From Octopus sinensis (lineage: Eukaryota), in contig NC_043017.1 of NCBI RefSeq assembly GCF_006345805.1, forward strand, positions 2,232,001-2,296,000: DNA of 64,000 bases. The letters are read 5' to 3'. The notes beneath the pieces are model-generated. The model had not been told where the DNA came from. It did no database searches and worked only from the letters and a program-made list of their open reading frames with translations. The translations under genes and the position numbers were made by a program. Below are positions 28,762 through 40,926 of this stretch, piece by piece. Numbering within the stretch: position 1 is the stretch's first letter; each line of letters begins with the position of its first letter.

Positions 28762-28873
28762 CGCACACACGGGCGCGCGGTATTTATATGAATTCTATTG
28801 CTCAAAGGACGGTTGCCCTTACAGTTTACCAGCCGCCTTTATTTTACTCATATAAGGCTTGTCTTACCTATAT

Positions 28874-29072
28874 CTCTTTACCATTCAAGTTACTCTTTCA
28901 AATGTAATGCTTATTTATTCACATTGTTTGAATTAATCAAGTATTATCTCGAAGTTTTCAGATCTCGATGATGTGATTGCTTATTTTTTAGAGTAACGCT
29001 ATAGTTGGCCAGTTTGCGCATGAATCATGTGGGACAGTTTGGTCGAATATGGCCGGTTTGAAAGGTAAAGAG
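28874..29072. mobile_element. Old piggyBac-like MITE
   Basis: TIRs ctctttaccattcaa and ttgaaaggtaaagag (14/15 complementary); the TTAA target is decayed. Confidence 0.45.
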
Positions 29073-29077
29073 TTGCT

Positions 29078-29404
29078 GTCTTCTTCTTCTTCCAATCACG
29101 GGTGGAAAGCTGAACCATCCTGGGGTACAGAGGATTCACAATCTAAACAAGGGTCTGAAAGTTTTACCACACCATAGTGTGTTACACCATGGTTCCTCTG
29201 CTTTGTGGCAGAAGTGGGAAGAAAGAGTGAGAGAAAGTTGTGGTGAAAGAGTACAGCGGGGTCCACCACCCTCAGCCGCCGGAGCCTCATGGAGCTTATG
29301 TGTTTTTGCTCAATAAACACTCACAATGCCCGGATCGGGAATTGAAACCGTGTTCTTACGACCGCGAGTTCGCTGCGCTAATCACTGAGTCATTGTGCCT
29401 CTAC
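29078..29404 (-). mobile_element. SINE family D with a (GAA)n-ending 3' tail
   Basis: tRNA-like head gtagaggcacaatgactcagtgattag...ggtttcaattcc; body shared with 40641-40926; ends gattggaagaagaagaa. Confidence 0.8.
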
Positions 29405-30154
29405 ACTGTTGCTCTTGTCGTTGCTAGTGTTGTTTACTTTTAAGTTATTCCCTAATCTTGTGTCCTTTAATCAAGGGATTTCCAATCGTAACCCTCTTGT
29501 TTGCTTAAAGAAGTTGTGTAGAGTCTATCGAGGAACGAGTTACCCAGTGTTTTTCGTTTTCTTGAGGAATTGATGACGTGACGAAAATAAAGAATTGAGC
29601 TTTATTATCTATGGGATATCGAACTAACACATAATGCTACCTTTTAAACAGAATTAATACAGTAAAACTCTTATACACGGCTTCTGTGTAGTGTGATCGA
29701 ATCCTGCACCAAGTGAGACGAACTGAACTTGTAACCCCTTAATTGTATATACACACATATGTGCATATACGATGCTTTCTCCGTCGTTTTCGGCGGCAAG
29801 CACTCAGCTGTTTTATCAAATGAGTAACTTACTCAGTATACCGAAAAGCCATCAACTCTTAACGGCATTCTCAGGAAGAATTAGCCTGACGGGTGGCGGG
29901 TATAATCTTGGGTACTTAGACGTATAATTTATCCGTCACCTAGTCTCACACCGTCCCCTCCTGTTCCTTGATTGCTTTCTGCAGATTTCCTTTTCATGCA
30001 AACATTTGAGTCAGGTCTCCGGTTTCAGGTTACCTTGCACCTTTCGTCGTATCACTCTCCGAAATCTTGAATACATAAGTGCCCATGAACACTATCACCC
30101 ACACCCACCTTGCTTATTAAGAGGTAAAATAAAATGGCAAGGCAACGTTTGGAA

Positions 30155-30294
30155 TAAATAAGCTTGCTTTCCAGTCACATGGTTCCGGGTTCAGTCCCAC
30201 TTCATGGCACCTTGGGCAAGCGTCTTCTATTATAGCCTCGGGCCGACCAAAGCCTTGTCAGTGGATTTGGTAGACGGAAACTGAAAGAAGCTCG

Positions 30295-30343
<49 letters not shown>

Positions 30344-30520
30344 TATGCATATGTGTGTGTGTGCCGTTATGTTTGTGTTTGTACTTCCAACCACCGCGCT
30401 TAACAAAAGGTGTTGCATGTTTACTTGCCCTTAACTTTGCGCCTCGGCAAAAGGAACCGTTAGGCTCTAAAAATAAATCCTGGTGTCAATTTGTTCGACT
30501 AAAACTCTGGAACAAATAAA
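30155..30520 (+). mobile_element. SINE family A
   Basis: ggttccgggttcagtcccact..ggcaccttgggcaagcgtcttc...gccgaccaaagcc. Confidence 0.85.
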
Positions 30521-30699
30521 AAACGGAAAGAATACTAGTTACAAATGCAAATGAAAGTTTTCCACGTTTCTGCCTACCCCAGCAGCACTCAGGAGGCTCG
30601 GGACACACCGAGGCCAAAAGGGCAGGCACTCTTTAGGCTCGAACACACGGTCCCATAATTACAAAGTCAATTTAATCTTTTATCTTATATCTTTTATTT

Positions 30700-30930
30700 T
30701 GTTTTTCTTTTTTCCTTGTTTCATTCTTTGAACTGCGGCCATGCTGAGACAACGACTTGAAGAGTTCTTACAAATGGATCCGAGACTTTGAAAAGATTCG
30801 GGTAGATTTGGTTGGGGGCGCATATTCTGGCGTCTACATTTGCCGAACAGCTGTTAAGGGGCTGTAAAAAATGGTCACAAACATCGATTAAGTGGTCGAG
30901 CAGTGGGGCAAACAGAAGGACACACACACA
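30700..30930 (-). mobile_element. SINE family A, 3' half
   Basis: ctgcggccatgctg...gccgaacagctgttaagggg...ggggcaaacag. Confidence 0.7.
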
Positions 30931-31053
30931 TACTCACAGACACACGCATGTACACACGCGCGCACACAATACATACATACACACAAACACACACAATGTT
31001 TGAATATGTGCAGATACAGCTGTGTGGTTGATGTGGTTGCTTCAATATCATCT

Positions 31054-31850
31054 GGTGAGCTGGCAGAAACGTTAGCGATATTTCGTCTGCCGCTACGTCC
31101 TGAGTTCAAATTCCGCCGAGGTCGACTTTGCCTTTCATCCTTTCGGGGTCGATTAAATAAGTACCAGTTACGCACTGGGGTCGATATAATCGACTTAATC
31201 CGTTTGTCTGTCCTTGTTTGTCCCCTCTATGTTTAGCCCCTTGTGGGTAGTAAAGAAATAGAAATAGGTATTTCGTCTACCTTTACGTTCTCTGTTCAAA
31301 TTCTGCCTCGGTCGACTTTGCCTTTCATCCTTTCGAGGTCGATTAAGTAAGTACCAGTTACGCACTGGGGTCGATGTAATCGGCTTAATCCCTTTGTCTG
31401 TCCTTGTTTGTCCCCACTATGTTTAGCCCCCTATGGGCAATAAAGAAATAAGAAACGTTAGTGCGCCGGTCAAAACGTTTAGCGGTATTTTGGCTGTCTT
31501 TACGTTCTTAGTTCATATTCCGCCGAGGTCGTCTTTACCTTTTCATCCTTTCGGGGTCGACAAATTAAGCAACAGTTGTTCACTGGTGTCCATCTAATCG
31601 ACAGGCCTCCTTCTCCAAAACATCGGGTCTTGTGCCTAGAGTAGAAAGGAAACGTTAGCACGCCGGGCGAAATAATTAGCGGCATTTCGTCTGTTTTTAT
31701 GTTCTGAGTTCAAATTCCGCCGAGGCCGACTTTGCCTTTTCATCATTTCGGGGTCGATAAATTAAGTACCTGCTGCATACTGGGGTCGATCTAATCGACT
31801 GGTCCCCTCCCCCAAAATTTCGAGCTTTGTGTCTAGAGTAGAAAAGAAAA
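31054..31850 (+). mobile_element. Head-to-tail tetramer of SINE family B
   Basis: Units start at about 31054, 31267, 31451 and 31649; tails are 1, 1, 2, 2. Confidence 0.9.
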
Positions 31851-32599
31851 TCATGTGGTTTCAGGTTCTATCCATGTGTAACCATCTTGAGCAAGTGTCT
31901 TCTACTACACTTTGCCATTTGTTCAAACCACACACACACACAAATATACACGCTCGCGCGCGCACACAGACTCGTGCACGCGTTCGCGCGCGCACACCCA
32001 GATACGCACATCCACAAACACACATGTACACCACACGCTCACGCACATTGCATACACACAAGTATGCAGTCAAACAGACACATGTACACACGGGCGCACA
32101 CGCATTACATGAACACACACACACACACAAACACACACACACGCGCGCACAGACATACGCACGCGCACACACGCACACACGACATACTCACGTATTATAT
32201 AACTATATACACACACGAGCCGACGCACTCCTAAACGCGTACACACGTACACAGCGTAGGATTTGAGCCAACAGCAAGAGCCAAACAGAGAATTCACACC
32301 GAAACGGAAATCGCGCTCAGAACCGACACACAGACACAACGCAAAAACATAATCCACACAATCAACCTCTTAAATCTCGAACGTTAATGCACCAAACACA
32401 CACACACACACACACGCACACACGGACCGCATGCATATTTCTATTCGCAGGCACACACAGACACAATTCTGGCTCTCTTTTATTATTGTCTGACAATTTA
32501 CCGAATCTGCGTTCTGTCCCAGGCGAACACACAGACACAGCCTCGCGTCTGCACTCACTCACGCTTTGCTTACTCTCTATGTACAGTAATACAATCGGT

Positions 32600-33310
32600 T
32601 CTCCTCCACTCTCTGCCTTTCTCTCTCCCCTTCCCTCTCTCTCTCGTTTTGTCACTCTATATGTCGCTATCTCTCTACTGTTCTCTCTGTCTTTCTATAT
32701 CTCCCTCGCTCTCTCTACAGATCTCTATGACTTCCTATAGGTCCCTCTGTCTCAGCTTCTCTCTCTTGTTTTGCTCCCCTCTGTCTCTCTTTATCTCTCT
32801 ACTGTTCTCTCTGTCTTACTACATCTTCTCTCTCTCTACTTTTCTCTCTGTCTTTCTATATGTTCCTTTGTCTCTGCTACTCTCTCTCTCTCTCTCTCTC
32901 TCTAAATCTTTACTGTTAATTCTGTCTTTCTATAACTTCCTCCGTCTCTACTTCTCTCTCTCACTTTGCCTCTCTCTCTCTCCCTACTGTTCTCTCTATC
33001 TTTCTATATCCTCCTCTCTTTACTTTTCTCTCTGTTTTTCTTTATCTTTCTCTCTCTCCCTCTATCTTCTCTGCATGTCTCTCTCGTCTTGACTCTCTCT
33101 TTTTCTAATTTTCTCTCTGTCTCTGGAGAATAAACTTTCCATCTTTGGCTCTACCCCTCTATTTCTCTTTCTCTTTGCCTCCTTTCTCTCTCTCTCCATT
33201 CTCTCTCTTTTTCCTTCTCTCCTTTCTCTCTCTTCTTTCTCTCTCTCCTTTCTCTCTATCACTCTGTCTCTCTATTTCTTCTCTTTCTGGTTCTCCCGCT
33301 CTCTATCGCT

Positions 33311-33346
<36 letters not shown>

Positions 33347-33730
33347 CTCTCTCTCTCTTCCATTTCTCTCTCTCTTCTTCCCCTCTCTCTCTCTTCCATT
33401 TTTCTCTATCTCCTTCTTCTCCTTCCTCTCTTTCTCCCCTTTCTCTCTCCCCGTCCCTCTACACCTTTCTCCCTCTCTCTCACCCCATTTCACTATCCTT
33501 TAGTCTTGCTCAACCTCAATCGCTCTCCTCCTTTTCTCCTTCATCCTCCATATCCGATGTTCCTCTCCACTTCTTTTTCCACCTCTTTCTCTCTTCTTCT
33601 CACACTACCTCTCACTCTTTCACTCTCTCACACACACTCACCGCCTCACCCTTCCCCCTCTCTCTCTCTTTCTCTTTTTTTCCTTGGCTCCTTATTGAAT
33701 GCCACTTCGTTAAATTCTTCTTCAGCCGCT
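32600..33730. repeat. About 1.1-kb polypyrimidine/polypurine (CT-rich) low-complexity tract
   Basis: Almost entirely C/T on the + strand; source of the S/L-rich ORFs. Confidence 0.9.
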
Positions 33731-34077
33731 CCTTCAATTTCATTTCACAAACTCGTTAAATCTATTGACATCACTGATTGAAATTCATTCATTCACTTCT
33801 TCCCAAATGCTTCGCTATCTCGTACATTCTCTCCTTCGCGAAGTCATTTCTTTTCTCAATGCACTCTCTCGCATATTTTCCCTCCCTCCTCCTTCTTTCA
33901 TTACTATTTAATTCATGGACTCTCAGCCATTTTTTTCTTCATCAATGGACCCATTTGTTTACTACATTTTTCTAGTGGACCTCCATAGCCATTCGATGTT
34001 TTACAGAAACTTCTTTCAAAATTCCCATTTTGTTTTTCACGCATTCTCTTGTGTTGATTTAACTGTATAAAATCTTT

Positions 34078-34474
34078 TTGTACTCTAAGCACAAACCCCG
34101 AAATTTTGGAGGACGGGGGTGCCAGTCGTTTAGATCGACCTCAGTACGTATCTGGTACTTAAGTTATCGATTCCGAAAGGATGAAAAGTAAAGTCGACCT
34201 CGGCAGAATATGAACTCAGAACGTAAAGACAGACGAAATACCTATTTTTTAACTACCCACAAGGGGCTAAACACAGAGGGGACAAACAAGGACAGACATA
34301 GGTATTAAGTCGATTACATCGACCCCAGTGCGTAACTGGTACTTGATTCATCGACCCCGAAAGGATGAAAGGCAAAGTCGACCTCGGCGGAATTCGAACT
34401 CACAACGTAACGCAGACGAAATACCGCTAAGCATTTCGCCCGGCGTGCTAACGTTTCTGCCAGCTCGTCGCCTT
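34078..34474 (-). mobile_element. Dimer of SINE family B (full unit with tail 1, truncated unit with tail 2)
   Basis: Junction gacgaaatacctatttt at about 34232-34250. Confidence 0.9.
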
Positions 34475-34600
34475 ACTCGTACATAAATATTAATTGCTGA
34501 TAGAGACGTATTCGTATACAAACCGTCGTAACATACATAATACATACATACATGCACACATACATTCATTCCTTATGTATATAAACGTGTACATATAGAC

Positions 34601-34801
34601 CAGTGGTTTTCAACCAGGGTTCCGCCAGTCCAGTCCAGGGGTTCCGCAAGAAGTTATAAAACTGCTAAAATCGGCAGTAATTTTTAATTCTCCTGTGCAG
34701 ATATGTGTGCATAAGACTATTAAATTATTGCACATGGGTTCCTCGAGCCAGTGGAATGTTTCCTTGGGGTTCCGTACCAGCAAAAAGTTTGAAAAGCACT
34801 G
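34601..34801. mobile_element. hAT (Charlie-like) MITE
   Basis: TIRs cagtggttttcaacc and gtttgaaaagcactg; perfect 8-bp TSD atatagac at 34593-34600 and 34802-34809. Confidence 0.9.
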
Positions 34802-35501
34802 ATATAGACATATACAGATGTATGAAATAGCATAAGACGTTATTGATTGATTAAAATTTATCTGCGCCTCTATGGGATGTGTCATGATTATCAAAAGACA
34901 ATAATGACCAGCTGATCTTGAGAAAATGAAATAATCTCAAGAATTAGGAATCTTTGAAGCAGACATGCATTTGAAGAAAAGAACAGGTTCATCATTTGGA
35001 GATAAAATGACAGTTCGGAACACGTTCCTGCCTAGATAGCCGTCGTCAGTACGACAGCTGTCCGATTTTATCTAAAATAACGAAGGGACTCATTCAAAAA
35101 CAAGCTTACAGATAAAGTCTGGCATTTCGTGTTTATAGGATTATTTTATGGTGAAGAAGAGTATGAACTGATTTATATTGCAATTAGTATAGTAGCCGGA
35201 AAGAAACATATTATTGGTAAGGGGAGAGTACGGTTGCAACTGGGGAATAGCGTAACTGTAAAGAACTTTGGAGTTAACGAGTTCAGATTAGAGTAAGGGG
35301 AGATTACTGCTGTAAACAGTGGCGGACTGGGCCTAAAAATATTGGTTGCCAGAAGAGTAAGGGAGGCCACCCACTACAACAATGCTTTCATTTTTTTTTA
35401 AATTATTCTTTTCAACTGTCTACAAACACAGCCAGGCTGAAATAATTAATGCATTCTTCCAGGAGTGAATAAAAAAATTCGCAAACTAATTCAATTGATC
35501 C

Positions 35502-35589
<88 letters not shown>

Positions 35590-35958
35590 TTATTTATTTT
35601 AATAGCAGTCATTTGACAGTGGCCATGCTGGAGCACCGCCTTCAGTCGAACAAATCGACTGCACCATTTATTCGTTGTAAGCCTAGTACCTATTCTATAG
35701 ATCACTTTTGCTGAACCGCTAATGTTACGGGGATGTAACTCCATCGGTTGTCAAATGATGGAGTGGGGACGAACACGGACATGCAAAAATATATATACGA
35801 TGGGCTTCTTTCAGTTTCGGTGTACCGAATCTCACAACGTTTTGGTCAGCCCGAGGCTATAGTAGAAGACACGTGCCCAAGGTGCCACGCGGTGGGACTG
35901 AACCCGGAACCATGTGGCTGGGAAGCAAGCTTGTTACCACACAGCCACGCCTGCGTGT
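35590..35958 (-). mobile_element. SINE family A, full length
   Basis: Head cacgcaggcgtggctgtgtggtaac, CORE-like segment and 3' body are all present. Confidence 0.9.
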
Positions 35959-36129
35959 AGAAGAATTAAAGAGGGGAGTGAAAAAATGAAAGAGACACAG
36001 TGAAGTGAAAGCGGAGGGAAAGTGAGCATGAAGAGAAGGCCAGGAAATATGAGAGACGGGGAAGGAAAGAACGAAGGGTGGAATGAACGAAGATTCTGTG
36101 TTTCACAATTAATTATTAGTAATTCTATC

Positions 36130-36893
36130 CTTTCCTACTCTAGGCACAAGACCAGAATTTTGGGGGAGGGAAAGGCAATTGATTACATTGACCCCAGTAC
36201 GCAACTAGTACTTAATTTATTGATCCCGAAAGGATGAAAGGCAAATTGATCTCGGTGGAATTTGAACTCAGAACGTAAAGACAGACGAAATACCTATTTC
36301 TTTACTACACACAAGGGGCTAAACACAGAGGAGACAAACAAGGACAGACGAACGAATTAAGTCGATTATATCGACCCCAGTGCGTAACTGGTACTTATTT
36401 AATCGACCCCGAAAGGATGAAAGGCAAAGTTGACCTCGGCGGAATTTGAACTCAGAGCGTATCGGCAGACGAAATACCTATTTCTTTACTACCCACAAGG
36501 GGCTAAACTCAGAGGGGACAAACAAGGACAGACGAACGAATTAAGTCAATTATATCGACCCCAGTGCGTAACTTGTACTTATTTAATCGACCCCGAAATG
36601 ATGAAAGGCAAAGTTGACCTCGGCGGAATTTGAACTCAGAGCGCAGCGGTAGACGAAATACCTATTTCTTTACTACCCACAAGGAGGTAAATATAAAGGG
36701 GGAAAACAAGGACAGACAAAGAGATTAAGTCGATTATATCGACCCCAGTGTGTAACTTTACTTATTTAATCGACCCCCGAAAGGATAAAAGACAAAGTCG
36801 ACCTCGTTGGAATTTGAACTCAGAACGTAACGGCAGAGGAAATGCCGCTAAGCATTCCGTCCGACGTGCTAACGATTCTGCCAGCTCGCCGCC
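36130..36893 (-). mobile_element. Head-to-tail tetramer of SINE family B, 184-bp period
   Basis: Junction word tacctatttc at 36291, 36475 and 36659; tails are 1, 1, 1, 2. Confidence 0.92.
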
Positions 36894-37455
36894 CTCCTTA
36901 ATAGTTATATCAGCTACTACGTATATTCGTGATAATTAAAGGGAGACACACGTAAGAAGAAGAATAATGTGAGAAATTATCGTACCTTGTTCAGTGAACC
37001 TTAGGTTCTAAAGCGTGTGTGTTTGGTAGAGAAACGTGCGAACTTTTTTGAATTGGTTCTAGGTAAATATACGTAAGTGTGTGCGTATTGAACTGAGACG
37101 GTGCTAAAGCGTGCGTATTGTCGAAGTTTGTTTTATCCAAATGCATGCGCGTGTATGCGCGTGCTTGTGTATGTGTGTATGCGTGTGTGTGTATGCATGT
37201 GTTCGTGTGTGAGTGAGTGCGTGTCTTTGTGTGCTCGTGTATAGTTTGTGTGAATGTAAATGTCGTGCAAACGAGTATATATATAAATATATATATATAT
37301 ATATAAGAATTTAAAAAATGTATATACATATGTATGTATATATACATATTCATTTATTTGTTCCACTTAGTTGACTGCGGCCATATATACTCTATATATC
37401 TATATATATATTATATACTCTGATATATATATATATAATATATATATATATATAT

Positions 37456-37846
37456 TATATAAAAGGGCTTAGTAAAATAAATTACTTTGCCGCATACTGA
37501 ACTCATTAGAAATAGCAGCGAAAAACTTTTTTAAAGCTATTTCTAATACTTAAAGAAAATTCTCTCTCATATATAGTGTTGCTTAATTCAACTCACAAAA
37601 GTTGGGGGTAAGGACATCGAAAATCAAATGCTAAGGTTATTCGAGAACGTACGTTCTCGAATAACCTTAGCATTTGATTTTTCGATGTCCTTACCCCCAA
37701 ACTTTTGTGAGTTGAATTAAGCAAACACTATATATGAGAGAGATTTTCTTTAAGTATTAGAAATAGCTTAAAAAGTTTTTTAGCTGCTATTTCTAATGAG
37801 TTCAGTATGCGGCAAAGTAATTTATTTTACTAAGCCCTTTTATATA
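37456..37846. repeat. Spacer-less palindrome with about 195-bp arms
   Basis: Centre gagaacgt|acgttctc at 37650/37651; the arms are reverse complements differing mainly by homopolymer indels. Confidence 0.92.
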
Positions 37847-37961
37847 ATGTAATAATTTGAATTCGCCTTGAATGGTCCCTTTGCATACTGAACACTTGGT
37901 GAAATTGATTAATAATTAATTAATTTTGCCCTCAATTGTTGAAATATATATATATATATAG

Positions 37962-37993
<32 letters not shown>

Positions 37994-38403
37994 TATATAT
38001 ATATACTCTTATATATGTATATATTTATGTATATATACATACTCTTATATATGTGTATACATATATATATACACTCTTATGTATGTATATTATATATTTA
38101 TGTATATGTATGTATGTATGCTTATACGTTTCTCAGAAATTCAGCTAAAAGGAGGGCTTGGGTCATTATGAGCATGTATGCATGTATGTGTGTGTGTGTT
38201 TGTGTGAATGTTTGTGTATATAATATAATCATACATATCATATAAATAAATATAATTAAGCCAAGAGAAATAAATTTGTGGCGAGTGACGTTTATTTAAA
38301 CAACACAGACAATTGCCTGAATAATACTTACTATTCAAACATAAATTCTTGGCATATTAAGAGTTTCTCCGCTTCAAAAGGATGTGTCACAATAAGGAAA
38401 TGA

Positions 38404-38900
38404 AAAGACGGCGAACTGGCAGAATCGTTAGCACGTCCGGAAAAGTGCTTAACGGCATTTCGGTCGTCTACACGTTCTGAGTTCAAATTCCACCAAGATC
38501 AAGTTTAAACTTCAACATTTTGGATTTGATTAAATTTAGATTTCTTTATTAACCACGGAGAGCTGAACACAGAAGGGACAAAATACAAAGTAGAGCTTTT
38601 GTTTTTTGGGACGAAGTAACAGTTAAACACTGGAGTCGACTTAACACCTCCCCCACCATCTCCGAAAGTCATTATTAGAATTAAATAAATCGACAAGGAG
38701 GGAGAATCCATGGCACGCGGAAGAAAATGGTTAACGCCGTTTCGTCTGTCTTTACGTTTTGTGTTCACATTCAGACGACATCTACATTGTGGTTTATCTG
38801 TTCAGGGTCGATCAAATAAACAGTGGAGTGGGGTCGATGTAGTCGACTTACCTGACATCCCGCTCCCGAAATTGCCGGCCTTGTACCAAAATTTGAAAAC
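38404..38900 (+). mobile_element. Cluster of degenerate SINE family B fragments
   Basis: Head at 38404-38510; body with tail 3 at about 38720-38900; an antisense tail fragment lies between them. Confidence 0.65.
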
Positions 38901-39559
38901 AAATAAGGAAGGGAGACAATCTCAAGAATTAGCTAAAGTTGACGCACCATTAAGAAAAAACATAAGCATATTCTCAGCCGAAAATATATATATCGTATAC
39001 TTGTATTCATTCATATATCAAAATAAGCATCAAGGATATCCAAAGGTAATGCAGTACGAATGAAATGATAAAATCAATCACGTGACATAATGTGGTACTC
39101 TGCTGTCTTATGTATGTGGATTGAAATGTTACTTTTCTTTGTGAACCTAACAAAATTTTGAATTACTAACTGGAAGAACAATAACTGTATCTGCATAAGA
39201 GAATGTCTGTAGCTACATATGTTTCATGTCAGCAAAACACGTGTTGTAATTATATTGTAGAATTTTTATATCTCATATCAGAGGTAGAAGGGGCAGAATG
39301 CTAATTACCTGGTACACTTTAATTAATTTAAATCATATAGCGCTTCTTCTCACTTCGTACCTTCATATTTTAGTTTTCTTATTTTCATTCTTATATAAAA
39401 ATAATGCAACGTCCTTTTTCTCTCATAAAACAGTTCTTTCTTGGTATTAAATTTTCCCTACATATTTGTCCTTGATCATTGTTGCTAACTGCTGCCTTTT
39501 CAGTAACCTAGAATTCAAGAAAATTGAGAAAGCTTCCATTAGATGGAAGTGAAGTTTGT

Positions 39560-39860
39560 AATGTGAAAAGGAACTCTAAATGGATTGCACCGGATATTAT
39601 ACTTGATTGCTTAAATGGTTTGAGGCGAGAGAGAGTATCACCCAGATTGCTGAAACAATAAAACTTGTAAGTTCTACACTGAGAAAAGTACGTGACAATA
39701 GTGTGAACATTAAGTGCAAAAGAAGTTGGCATCTTAATTCTAGTAAATATAGTGTAATTCTTAAAATAGAACAGCACTTGCGTGTTTAGATCGAGGATCG
39801 GACACGACGCTTATGCAGAGAAAACAATGGCAAACGGCTTAATTTTTATCTGACAATTTC
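39560..39860 (+). mobile_element. Decayed Tigger/pogo transposase N-terminus (CENP-B-type HTH)
   Basis: KWFEARESITQIAETIKLVSSTLRKVRDNSVNIK...ILKIEQHLRV*IEDRTRR matches the KRFE.GE....IA..L.L..ST.R.I.DN...IK...ME..L.VWIED pattern. Confidence 0.6.
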
Positions 39861-40640
39861 TAAGAAAAATGGTGAAACTTCTAATGACCTTTTCAGGTTA
39901 ATTAAGTCTAGTTTACAAGGTTATTCATAAGCTGTATCTCAGATTCTCTTTTAAGTTTTAAGAGTAGTACCAAGATCATAAAAAAACAATAGAAAGCAAA
40001 TTAAACAATTAAAAACTCAACAAATGCCTAAGAAACAACATAGTTTTCAAAGATATTCTGTCCAAAGGCAACATCTTCACAACCACCAATCTAAATTTTA
40101 TACGAATTCAAGTGTTAATCGCTGCAGAAAAACAATCTGGAAAGGTATTAATGCGGTCTTTTATAGGTTTCCAACAATCTTTAGTTTTCAATACAACCGT
40201 AGAATTTCAAGAGTTACGTTTAAGTTCAAATTCAGAGATGAAGTGCGAGCCGCAGAGGTCTTTCGAAAGCACTCGAAAGACCTCTGCGGGGGTGGTGGGG
40301 AAAGAAAATTATTCTCAGACACGTAACCGAGCTTGAATGTTTGCTGCAGAGTGAACTCCCATAATGTCTCACCTGGTCCAAATAGTAGTACTAAAAATTG
40401 ACAAAGAATTTTAAAACGTACCACCAAAAAAGAAAATAGAATGGAATAAGAATAGAGCCATCGAATCATTTCCATACAGGGTTCCTCAGAAGCCTGTTGA
40501 CAACCCTAAGCTATATCTGAAGATACTTTCCCCAAAATTCTGCGCATTGTGTTCATTAAGAACACCACGTTGTTGCAATGAGAACTTCATAACGCATCCA
40601 TTGCCGCACCTGCAGTTATGGTTTTCGTCATAACCTTATA

Positions 40641-40926
40641 TCTGTTGTTCATTCTCGAGCGATGCCTGGCTCATAAGGGCCGGTTTCCTGGTTTCCTTGG
40701 CGTATAGGTTCCCCACCTGGACGGGACGCCGGTCCGTCGCAGGAGGAATGAGTGAGAGCAAGTTGTGGAGAAAGAGTCAGCAGAAGTTCGCCATTACCTT
40801 CTGCCGGAGCCGCGTGGAGCTTAGGCGTTTCGCTCACAAACACACACATCGCCCGGTCTGAAATACGAACCCGCGATCCCTCGACCACGAGTCCGCTGCT
40901 CTAACCAATAGGCCATGAGCCTCCAC
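40641..40926 (-). mobile_element. SINE family D with a V-domain-like 3' part
   Basis: Head gtggaggctcatggcctattggttag...gggttcgtattt; 3' cctgcgacggaccggcgtcccgtccagg resembles the V-SINE domain. Confidence 0.8.

Noticed and set aside
33790-34045. Minus-strand frame with WLRVHEL resembling mariner WVPHEL
   Set aside because: Needs a frameshift, the spacing is wrong, and no DD34D motifs or TIRs are present.
35317-35385. cagtggcggactggg, a possible hAT-like left TIR
   Set aside because: No matching right TIR or TSD was found.
36130-36893. Regular repeat period suggesting a CRISPR-like array
   Set aside because: The 184-bp units are whole SINE bodies without unique spacers, in a eukaryotic context with no cas genes.
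37770-37840. Possible hammerhead in the spacer-less palindrome (CUAAUGA...GCAAA-GUAA..UUAC-UA)
   Set aside because: Two invariant core positions differ in both arms, helices I and II are weak, and CUAAU is already paired in a local hairpin.
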